From the IMG/VR virus record IMGVR_UViG_2671180268_000002: a stretch of DNA of 19,763 bases. One strand, written 5' to 3'. Positions within the stretch are counted from its first letter, which is position 1. Each line of letters opens with the position of its first letter. Position numbers and translations under genes: made by a program. Below, one piece after another: positions 11,707 to 19,763 of the stretch. The notes beneath the pieces are model-generated. The model did no database searches and was not told the origin of the DNA. It saw only the letters and a program-made list of their open reading frames with translations. The DNA comes from a virus. Its lineage: Duplodnaviria > Heunggongvirae > Uroviricota > Caudoviricetes.

Positions 11707-14260
11707 ACCGGTAGGCGATCTGGTCGTTGATTTGAGTCTGGATGCGGCCAGATTTGACGAGCAGATGGCCAGAGTCAGGCGTCATTTTTCCGGTACGGAA
11801 AGTGATGCGAAAAAAACAGCGGCAGTCGTTGAACAGTCGCTGAGCCGACAGGCGCTGGCTGCACAGAAAGCGGGGATTTCCGTCGGGCAGTATAAAGCCG
11901 CCATGCGTATGCTGCCTGCACAGTTCACCGACGTGGCCACGCAGCTTGCAGGGGGGCAGAATCCCTGGCTGATCCTGCTGCAACAGGGTGGTCAGGTTAA
12001 GGACTCCTTCGGCGGGATGATCCCCATGTTCAGGGGGCTTGCCGGCGCGATCACCCTGCCGATGGTGGGGGCCACCTCGCTGGCGGTGGCGACCGGTGCG
12101 CTGGCGTATGCCTGGTATCAGGGCAACTCAACCCTGTCCGATTTCAACAAAACGCTGGTCCTTTCCGGTAATCAGGCGGGACTGACGGCAGATCGTATGC
12201 TGGTCCTGTCCAGAGCCGGGCAGGCGGCAGGGCTGACGTTTAACCAGACCAGCGAGTCACTCAGCGCACTGGTTAAGGCGGGGGTAAGCGGTGAGGCTCA
12301 GATTGCGTCCATCAGCCAGAGTGTGGCGCGTTTCTCCTATGCATCCGGCGTGGAGGTGGACAAGGTCGCTGAAGCCTTCGGGAAGCTGACCACAGACCCG
12401 ACGTCGGGGCTGACGGCGATGGCACGCCAGTTCCATAACGTGACGGCGGAGCAGATTGCGTATGTTGCTCAGTTGCAGCGTTCCGGCGATGAAGCCGGGG
12501 CATTGCAGGCGGCGAACGAGGCCGCAACGAAAGGGTTTGATGACCAGACCCGCCGCCTGAAAGAGAACATGGGCACGCTGGAGACCTGGGCAGACAGGAC
12601 TGCACGTGCATTCAAATCCATGTGGGATGCGGTGCTGGATATTGGTCGTCCTGATACCGCGCAGGAGATGCTGATTAAGGCAGAGGCTGCGTTTAAGAAA
12701 GCAGACGACATCTGGAATCTGCGCAAGGATGATTATTTCGTTAACGATGAAGCACGGGCGCGTTACTGGGATGATCGTGAAAAAAAACGCCTGGAGCGGG
12801 ATGCAGCCCAAAAGAGGGTAGATCAACAGCGTCAACAGGACAAAAATGCGCAGCAGCAGAGCGATACCGAAGCGTCACGGCTGAAATATACCGAAGAGGC
12901 GCAGAAGGCTTACGAACGGCTGCAGACGCCGCTGGAGAAATATACCGCCCGTCAGGAAGAACTGAACAAGGCACTGAAAGACGGAAAAATCCTGCAGGCA
13001 GATTACAACACGCTGATGGCGGCGGCGAAAAAGGATTATGAAGCGACGCTGAAAAAGCCGAAACAGTCCGGCGTGAAGGTGTATGCGGGCGATCGTCAGG
13101 AAGACAGTGCTCATGCGGCCCTGCTGACGCTTCAGGCAGAACTCCGGACGCTGGAGAAGCATGCCGGAGCGAATGAGAAAATCAGCCAGCAGCGCCGGGA
13201 TTTGTGGAAGGCAGAAAGTCAGTTCGCGGTACTGGAGGAGGCGGCACAACGTCGCCAGCTGTCCGCACAGGAGAAATCCCTGCTGGCGCATAAAGACGAG
13301 ACGCTGGAGTACAAACGCCAGCTGGCTGCACTTGGTGACAAGGTTACGTATCAGGAGCACCTGAATGCGCTGGCGCAGCAGGCGGATAAATTCGCACAGC
13401 AGCAACGGGCAAAACGGGCAGCCATTGATGCGAAAAACCGGGGGCTGACTGACCGGCAGGCAGCGCGGGAAGCCACGGAACAGCGCCTGAAGGAACAGTA
13501 TGGCGATAATCCTCTGGCGCTGAATAACGTCATGTCAGAGCAGAAAAAGACCTGGGCGGCTGAAGACCAGCTTCGCGGGAGCTGGATGGCAGGCCTGAAG
13601 TCCGGCTGGAGTGAGTGGGAAGAGAGCGCCACGGACAGTATGTCACAGGTTAAAAGTGCAGCCACGCAGACCTTTGATGGTATTGCACAGAATATGGCGG
13701 CGATGCTGACCGGCAGTGAACAGAACTGGCGCAGCTTCACCCGCTCCGTGCTGTCCATGATGACAGAAATTCTGCTTAAGCAGGCAATGGTGGGGATTGT
13801 CGGGAGTATCGGCAGCGCCATTGGCGGGGCTGTTGGTGGCGGCGCATCCGCGTCAGGTGGTACAGCCATTCAGGCCGCTGCGGTGAAATTCCATTTTGCA
13901 ACCGGGGGATTTACGGGAACCGGCGGCAAATATGAGCCAGCGGGGATTGTTCACCGTGGTGAATTTGTCTTCACGAAGGAGGCAACCAGCCGGATTGGCG
14001 TGGGGAATCTCTACCGGCTGATGCGCGGCTATGCGGAAGGTGGTTATGTGGGCGGTGCCGGAAGTCCGGCGCAGATGCGGCGGGCTGAAGGCATTAATTT
14101 TAATCAGAACAATCACGTGGTGATTCAGAACGACGGTACGAATGGTCTGCCAGGTCCACAGATGATGAAGGCCGTGTATGACATGGCCCGCAAGGGTGCC
14201 CGTGATGAAATTCAGACACAGATGCGTGATGGTGGCCTGTTCTCCGGAGGTGGACGATGA
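11699..14260 (+). CDS. H: Tail tape measure protein gpH
   Basis: 853 aa, MAEPVGDLVVDLSLDAARFDEQMARVRRHFSGTESDAKK...; same length as lambda gpH and very similar; long coiled-coil-like Q/A/K/E-rich middle section and Gly-rich C-terminal part. Confidence 0.96.
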   Translation: MAEPVGDLVVDLSLDAARFDEQMARVRRHFSGTESDAKKTAAVVEQSLSRQALAAQKAGISVGQYKAAMRMLPAQFTDVATQLAGGQNPWLILLQQGGQVKDSFGGMIPMFRGLAGAITLPMVGATSLAVATGALAYAWYQGNSTLSDFNKTLVLSGNQAGLTADRMLVLSRAGQAAGLTFNQTSESLSALVKAGVSGEAQIASISQSVARFSYASGVEVDKVAEAFGKLTTDPTSGLTAMARQFHNVTAEQIAYVAQLQRSGDEAGALQAANEAATKGFDDQTRRLKENMGTLETWADRTARAFKSMWDAVLDIGRPDTAQEMLIKAEAAFKKADDIWNLRKDDYFVNDEARARYWDDREKKRLERDAAQKRVDQQRQQDKNAQQQSDTEASRLKYTEEAQKAYERLQTPLEKYTARQEELNKALKDGKILQADYNTLMAAAKKDYEATLKKPKQSGVKVYAGDRQEDSAHAALLTLQAELRTLEKHAGANEKISQQRRDLWKAESQFAVLEEAAQRRQLSAQEKSLLAHKDETLEYKRQLAALGDKVTYQEHLNALAQQADKFAQQQRAKRAAIDAKNRGLTDRQAAREATEQRLKEQYGDNPLALNNVMSEQKKTWAAEDQLRGSWMAGLKSGWSEWEESATDSMSQVKSAATQTFDGIAQNMAAMLTGSEQNWRSFTRSVLSMMTEILLKQAMVGIVGSIGSAIGGAVGGGASASGGTAIQAAAVKFHFATGGFTGTGGKYEPAGIVHRGEFVFTKEATSRIGVGNLYRLMRGYAEGGYVGGAGSPAQMRRAEGINFNQNNHVVIQNDGTNGLPGPQMMKAVYDMARKGARDEIQTQMRDGGLFSGGGR

Positions 14261-14586
14261 AAACCTTCCGCTGGAAAGTGAAACCCGGTATGGATGTGGC
14301 TTCGGCCCCTTCTGTAAGAAAGGTGCGCTTTGGTGATGGCTATTCCCAGCGAGCGCCTGCCGGGCTGAATGCCAACCTGAAAACGTACAGCGTGACGCTT
14401 TCTGTCCCCCGTGAGGAGGCCATGGTACTGGAGTCGTTTCTGGAAGAGCACGGGGGCTGGAAAGCCTTTCTGTGGACGCCGCCTTATGAGTGGCGGCAGA
14501 TAAAGGTGACCTGCGCAAAATGGTCGTCGCGGGTCAGTATGCTGCGTGTTGAGTTCAGCGCAGAGTTTGAACAGGTGGTGAACTGA
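14257..14586 (+). CDS. M: Tail tip protein gpM
   Basis: 109 aa, MKTFRWKVKPGMDVASAPSVRKVRFGDGYSQRAPAG...; matches lambda gpM; ATGA overlap with the H stop. Confidence 0.95.
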   Translation: MKTFRWKVKPGMDVASAPSVRKVRFGDGYSQRAPAGLNANLKTYSVTLSVPREEAMVLESFLEEHGGWKAFLWTPPYEWRQIKVTCAKWSSRVSMLRVEFSAEFEQVVN

Positions 14587-15284
14587 TGCAGGATATCCGG
14601 CAGGAAACACTGAATGAATGCACCCGTGCGGAGCAGTCGGCCAGCGTGGTGCTCTGGGAAATCGATCTGACAGAGGTCGGTGGAGAACGTTATTTTTTCT
14701 GTAATGAGCAGAACGAAAAAGGTGAGCCGGTCACCTGGCAGGGGCGACAGTATCAGCCGTATCCCATTCAGGGGAGTGGTTTTGAACTGAATGGCAAAGG
14801 CACCAGTACGCGCCCCACGCTGATGGTTTCTAACCTGTACGGTATGGTCACCGGGATGGCGGAAGATCTACAGAGTCTGGTCGGCGGAACGGTGGTCCGG
14901 CGTAAGGTTTACGCCCGTTTTCTGGATGCGGTGAACTTCGTCAACGGAAACAGTGACGCCGATCCGGAGCAGGAGGTGATCAGCCGCTGGCGCATTGAGC
15001 AGTGCAGCGAACTGAGCGCGGTGAGTGCCTCTTTTGTACTGTCCACGCCGACGGAAACAGATGGCGCTGTTTTTCCGGGACGTATCATGCTGGCCAACAC
15101 CTGCACCTGGACCTATCGCGGCGATGAGTGCGGTTATCACGGTCCGGCGGTCGCGGATGAATATGACCAGCCAACGTCCGACATCACGAAGGATAAATGC
15201 AGCAAATGCCTGAGTGGCTGTAAGTTTCGCAATAACGTCGGCAACTTTGGCGGCTTCCTTTCCATTAACAAACTTTCGCAGTAA
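14586..15284 (+). CDS. L: Tail tip protein gpL
   Basis: 232 aa, MQDIRQETLNECTRAEQSASVVLWEIDLTEVGGERYFF...; matches lambda gpL, including the C-terminal Cys-rich segment; start overlaps the M stop by 1 nt (TGATG). Confidence 0.95.
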   Translation: MQDIRQETLNECTRAEQSASVVLWEIDLTEVGGERYFFCNEQNEKGEPVTWQGRQYQPYPIQGSGFELNGKGTSTRPTLMVSNLYGMVTGMAEDLQSLVGGTVVRRKVYARFLDAVNFVNGNSDADPEQEVISRWRIEQCSELSAVSASFVLSTPTETDGAVFPGRIMLANTCTWTYRGDECGYHGPAVADEYDQPTSDITKDKCSKCLSGCKFRNNVGNFGGFLSINKLSQ

Positions 15285-15289
15285 ATCCC

Positions 15290-16077
15290 ATGACAGAGAC
15301 AGAATCAGCGATTCTGGCGCACGCCCGGCGATGTGCTCCAGCGGAGTCGTGCGGCTTCGTGGTAAGAACGCCGGAGGGGGAAAGATATTTCCCCTGCGTG
15401 AATATCTCCGGTGAGCCGGAGGCGTATTTCCGNNNNNNNNNNNNNNNNNNNNNNNNNNNNNNNNNNNNNNNNNNNNNNNNNNNNNNNNNNNNNNNNNNNN
15501 NNNNNNNNNNNNNNNNNNNNNNNNNNNNNNNNNNNNNNNNNNNNNNNNNNNNNNNNNNNNNNNNNNNNNNNNNNNNNNNNNNNNNNNNNNNNNNNNNNNN
15601 NNNNNNNNNNNNNNNNNNNNNNNNNNNNNNNNNNNNNNNNNNNNNNNNNNNNNNNNNNNNNNNNNNNNNNNNNNNNNNNNNNNNNNNNNNNNNNNNNNNN
15701 NNNNNNNNNNNNNNNNNNNNNNNCTGGCGGGGATTGAGATGCCGGATTTTCATCGTGAGGATGACTGGTGGCGTCACGGTCAGAATCTCTATCTGGATAA
15801 TCTGGAGGCCACAGGGCTGTATCAGGTGCCGTTGTCAGCGGCGCAGCCGGGCGATGTGCTGCTGTGCTGTTTTGGTTCATCGGTGCCGAATCATGCCGCC
15901 ATTTACTGTGGTGACGGCGAGCTGCTGCACCATATTCCTGAACAACTGAGTAAACGAGAGAGGTACACCGACAAATGGCAGCGACGCACACACTCCCTCT
16001 GGCGTCACCGGGCATGGCACGCATCTGCCTTTACGGGGATTTGCAACGATTTGGCCGCCGCATCGACCTTCGTGTGA
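15290..16077 (+). CDS. K: Tail tip assembly protein gpK (JAB/MPN-like N-terminal part and NlpC/P60-like C-terminal part), interrupted by N-run 15433-15723
   Basis: Before the gap: MTETESAILAHARRCAPAESCGFVVRTPEGERYFPCVNISGEPEAYF. After the gap: LAGIEMPDFHREDDWWRHGQNLYLDNLEATGLYQVPLSAAQPGDVLLCCFGSSVPNHAAIYCGDGELLHH..., matching the lambda gpK C-terminal half. The two parts are in different frames relative to the N-run, so the gap length is not the true length. Confidence 0.85.
15433..15723. other. Run of 291 N (unresolved sequence) inside K
   Basis: Literal n characters; flanking K segments are out of frame relative to each other. Confidence 0.99.
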
Positions 16078-16646
16078 AAACGGGTGCCGAAGCCATCCGG
16101 GCGATGGCCACACAGCTCCCTGCGTTTCGTCAGAAGCTGAGCGACGGCTGGTATCAGGTGCGTATTGCCGGGCAGGATGTTAGCACGTCCGGATTAACGG
16201 CACAGTTACATGAGGCTCTGCCTGACGGCGCTGTGATTCATATTGTTCCCAGAGTCGCCGGGGCCAAGTCAGGTGGTGTATTCCAGATTGTCCTGGGAGC
16301 AGCCGCCATTGCCGGATCATTCTTTACCGCCGGAGCCACCCTTGCAGCATGGGGGGCTGCCATTGGTGCCGGTGGTATGACCGGCATTCTGTTTTCTCTC
16401 GGTGCCAGTATGGTGCTCGGCGGTGTGGCTCAGATGCTGGCACCGAAAGCCAGAACTCCCCGCACACAGACAACGGATAACGGTAAGCAGAACACCTATT
16501 TCTCCTCACTGGATAACATGGTTGCCCAGGGCAATGTTATGCCTGTTCTGTATGGTGAAATGCGCGTGGGGTCACGTGTGGTATCTCAGGAGATCAGCAC
16601 GGCAGACGAAGGGGACGGTGGTCAGGTTGTGGTGATTGGTCGCTGA
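15975..16646 (+). CDS. I: Tail tip assembly protein gpI
   Basis: 223 aa, MAATHTLPLASPGMARICLYGDLQRFGRRIDLRVKTGAEAIRAMATQLPAF...; matches lambda gpI; overlaps the 3' end of K by 103 nt in another frame, as in lambda. Confidence 0.95.
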   Translation: MAATHTLPLASPGMARICLYGDLQRFGRRIDLRVKTGAEAIRAMATQLPAFRQKLSDGWYQVRIAGQDVSTSGLTAQLHEALPDGAVIHIVPRVAGAKSGGVFQIVLGAAAIAGSFFTAGATLAAWGAAIGAGGMTGILFSLGASMVLGGVAQMLAPKARTPRTQTTDNGKQNTYFSSLDNMVAQGNVMPVLYGEMRVGSRVVSQEISTADEGDGGQVVVIGR

Positions 16647-19600
16647 TGCAAANNNNNNNNNNNNNNNNNNNNNNNNNNNNNNNNNNNNNNNNNNNNNNNN
16701 NNNNNNNNNNNNNNNNNNNNNNNNNNNNNNNNNNNNNNNNNNNNNNNNNNNNNNNNNNNNNNNNNNNNNNNNNNNNNNNNNNNNNNNNNNNNNNNNNNNN
16801 NNNNNNNNNNNNNNNNNNNNNNNNNNNNNNNNNNNNNNNNNNNNNNNNNNNNNNNNNNNNNNNNNNNNNNNNNNNNNNNNNNNNNNNNNNNNNNNNNNNN
16901 NNGGAAAAAGACATCACCATTAAGGGCAAAACCACCTCGCAGTATCTGGCCTCGGTGGTGGTGGATAACCTGCCGCCGCGCCCGTTTAATATCCGGATGC
17001 GCAGAATGACGCCGGACAGCACCACAGACCAGCTGCAGAACAAAACGCTCTGGTCGTCATACACCGAAATCATCGATGTGAAACAGTGCTACCCGAACAC
17101 GGCACTGGTCGGCGTACAGGTGGATTCGGAGCAGTTCGGCAGCCAGCAGGTGAGCCGTAATTATCATCTTCGCGGGCGCATTCTGCAGGTGCCGTCGAAC
17201 TATAATCCGCAGACGCGGCAATACAGCGGTATCTGGGACGGAACGTTAAAACCGGCATACAGCAACAACATGGCCTGGTGTCTGTGGGATATGCTGACCC
17301 ATCCGCGCTATGGCATGGGGAAACGTCTTGGTGCGGCAGATGTGGATAAATGGGCGCTGTATGTCATCGGCCAGTACTGTGACCAGTCNNNNNNNNNNNN
17401 NNNNNNNNNNNNNNNNNNNNNNNNNNNNNNNNNNNNNNNNNNNNNNNNNNNNNNNNNNNNNNNNNNNNNNNNNNNNNNNNNNNNNNNNNNNNNNNNNNNN
17501 NNNNNNNNNNNNNNNNNNNNNNNNNNNNNNNNNNNNNNNNNNNNNNNNNNNNNNNNNNNNNNNNNNNNNNNNNNNNNNNNNNNNNNNNNNNNNNNNNNNN
17601 NNNNNNNNNNNNNNNNNNNNNNNNNNNNNNNNNNNNNNNNNNNNNNNNNNNNNNNNNNNNNNNNNNNNNNNNNNNNNNNNNNNNNNNNNNNNNNNNNNNN
17701 NNNNNNNNNNNNNNNNNNNNNNNNNNNNNNNNNNNNNNNNNNNTTGACCCGGATAACGGCTGGGAGACGGCGACAGAGCTTGTGGAGGATACGCAGGCCA
17801 TTGTCCGTTACGGTCGTAACGTCACGAAGATGGATGCCTTTGGCTGTACCAGCCGGGGGCAGGCACACCGCGCCGGGCTGTGGCTGATTAAAACGGAACT
17901 GCTGGAGACGCAGACCGTGGATTTCAGCGTGGGTGCTGAAGGGCTTCGTCATGTACCGGGCGATGTCATTGAAATCTGCGATGATGACTATGCCGGTATC
18001 CGCACCGGCGGGCGCGTGCTGGCGGTGAACAGCCAGACCCGGACGCTGACGCTCGACCGTGAAATCACGCTGCCATCCTCCGGCACCACGCTGATAAGCC
18101 TGGTTGACGGGCAGGGGAATCCGGTCAGCGTGGAGGTCCAGTCCGTCACCGACGGCGTGAAGGTAAAAGTGAGCCGTGTTCCTGACGGTGTTGCTGAATA
18201 CAGCGTGTGGGGGCTGAAGCTGCCGACGCTGCACCAGCGATTGTTCCGCTGCGTGAGTATCCGTGAGAACGACGACGGCACGTATGCCATCACCGCCGTG
18301 CAGCATGTGCCGGAAAAAGAAGCCATCGTGGATAACGGGGCGCACTTTGACGGCGACCAGAGCGGCACGGTGAATGGTGTCACGCCGCCAGCGGTGCAGC
18401 ACCTGACTGCCGAAGTCACCGCAGACAGCGGGGAATATCAGGTGCTGGCGCGCTGGGACACGCCGAAGGTGGTGAAGGGCGTGAGCTTCCTGCTCCGTCT
18501 GACCGTAACAGCGGATGACGGCAGTGAGCGGCTGGTCAGCACGGCCCGGACGACGGAAACCACTTACCGCTTCACACAACTGGCGCTGGGGAACTACAGG
18601 CTGACAGTCCGGGCAGTAAATGCGTGGGGGCAGCAGGGCGATCCGGCGTCGGTATCGTTCCGGATTGCCGCACCGGCAGCGCTGTCGCGGATTGAGCTGA
18701 CGCCGGGCTATTTTCAGATAACCGCCACGCCGCATCTTGCGGTTTATGATCCGACGGTACAGTTTGAGTTCTGGTTCTCGGAAAAGCGGATTGCGGATAT
18801 CAGGCAGGTTGAAACCACAGCACGCTATCTTGGCACGGCGCTGTACTGGATAGCCGCCAGTATCAATATCAAACCGGGCCATGATTATTACTTTTATATC
18901 CGCAGTGTGAACACCGTTGGCAAATCGGCATTCGTGGAGGCTGTTGGTCAGCCGAGTGATGATGCATCCGGTTATCTGGATTTTTTCAAAGGCGAGATAG
19001 GGAAAACCCATCTGGCTCAGGAGCTGTGGACGCAGATTGATAACGGTCAGCTTGCGCCTGACCTGGCTGAAATCAGGACGTCCATTACGGATGTCAGCAA
19101 TGAAATCACGCAGACCGTCAATAAGAAACTGGAAGACCAGAGTGCGGCAATTCAGCAGATACAGAAGGTTCAGGTTGATACAAATAATAACCTGAACAGC
19201 ATGTGGGCTGTGAAGCTGCAGCAGATGCAGGACGGACGCCTTTATATCGCGGGTATTGGTGCCGGTATTGAGAACACCCCTGACGGCATGCAGAGTCAGG
19301 TGCTGCTGGCGGCGGACAGGATTGCGATGGTTAATCCTGCGAATGGCAACACAAAACCGATGTTTGTTGGTCAGGGCGATCAGATATTCATGAACGACGT
19401 GTTCCTGAAACGCCTGACGGCCCCCACCATTACCAGCGGTGGAAATCCATCGGCATTTTCCCTGACTCCGGACGGAAAGCTGACCGCTAAAAATGCGGAT
19501 ATCAGTGGCAGTGTGAATGCGAACGCCGGGACGCTCAACAATGTCACGGTAAATGAAAACTGTACGATTAAGGGCATGCTGGAGGCGACTCAGGTCAGAG

Positions 19601-19763
19601 GTGACTTCGTTAAAGCTGTATCCAAATCATTTCCGAAACAGGCTGGTACGTGGGGTAACACGGAAACACCAAACGGGACGGTTACAGTCACCATAAGCGA
19701 TGATCATAACTTTGACCGCCAGATTATTATTCCGCCCATTATTTTTAACGGTATAGCGTATGA
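16646..19763 (+). CDS. J: Central tail fiber / host specificity protein gpJ; partial (runs off the window end) and interrupted by N-runs 16653-16902 and 17389-17743
   Basis: Start overlaps the I stop (TGATG). Resolved segments ([19 protein letters not shown]..., [19 protein letters not shown]... through fibronectin-III-like repeats to ...[22 protein letters not shown]) match lambda gpJ closely except for a divergent patch at about 18990-19370. Frame changes across the second N-run. Confidence 0.9.
16653..16902. other. Run of 250 N (unresolved sequence) near the 5' end of J
   Basis: Literal n characters; by comparison with lambda J numbering, fewer codons than expected separate the start from the EKDITIKGK segment. 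Confidence 0.99.
17389..17743. other. Run of 355 N (unresolved sequence) inside J
   Basis: Literal n characters; the J reading frame before and after differs by one nucleotide relative to the N-run length. Confidence 0.99.

Noticed and set aside
12257-14610. Minus-strand ORFs inside H and M (12257..12835, 12875..13405, 13351..13869, 13853..14518, 14212..14610)
   Set aside because: Antisense frames through the compositionally biased tape-measure gene; they overlap one another and H is unambiguous.
15433-17743. N-runs as biological low-complexity sequence or deliberately hidden cargo
   Set aside because: The flanking sequence on both sides of each run belongs to the same known gene (K or J), so the missing content is almost certainly the middle of those genes.
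15290-17887. Track ORFs translated straight through the N-runs (15290..15949, 15305..16024 minus, 16646..17887 and others)
   Set aside because: The X stretches are unresolved bases, not sequence; the continuations after the runs are artefacts of assuming the N-run length is exact.
17308-19011. Minus-strand ORF of 567 aa antisense to J
   Set aside because: Open antisense frame within GC-rich J that also runs through an N-run; Arg/Pro/Gly-rich composition typical of antisense artefacts.

Overview
This window is the cos site and left-arm virion morphogenesis operon of a lambda-like (lambdoid) enterobacterial prophage, and I do not see a novel biological system in it. Every large plus-strand ORF translates to a protein that matches, nearly residue for residue from memory, the lambda order Nu1-A-W-B-C/Nu3-D-E-FI-FII-Z-U-V-G/G-T-H-M-L-K-I-J, with typical overlapping stop/start junctions. 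The first ~1.3 kb holds a short AT-rich accessory segment with two minus-strand small genes, followed by cosQ/cosN/cosB. Three N-runs (15433-15723, 16653-16902, 17389-17743) interrupt K and J; reading frame is not preserved across two of them, so they look like scaffold gaps of estimated size. The points worth a second look are modest: a cosN overhang that differs from lambda, the remodelled accessory segment, a divergent patch in the C-terminal part of J, and the unresolved gaps. All homology statements rest on recalled lambda sequences, not on a search.
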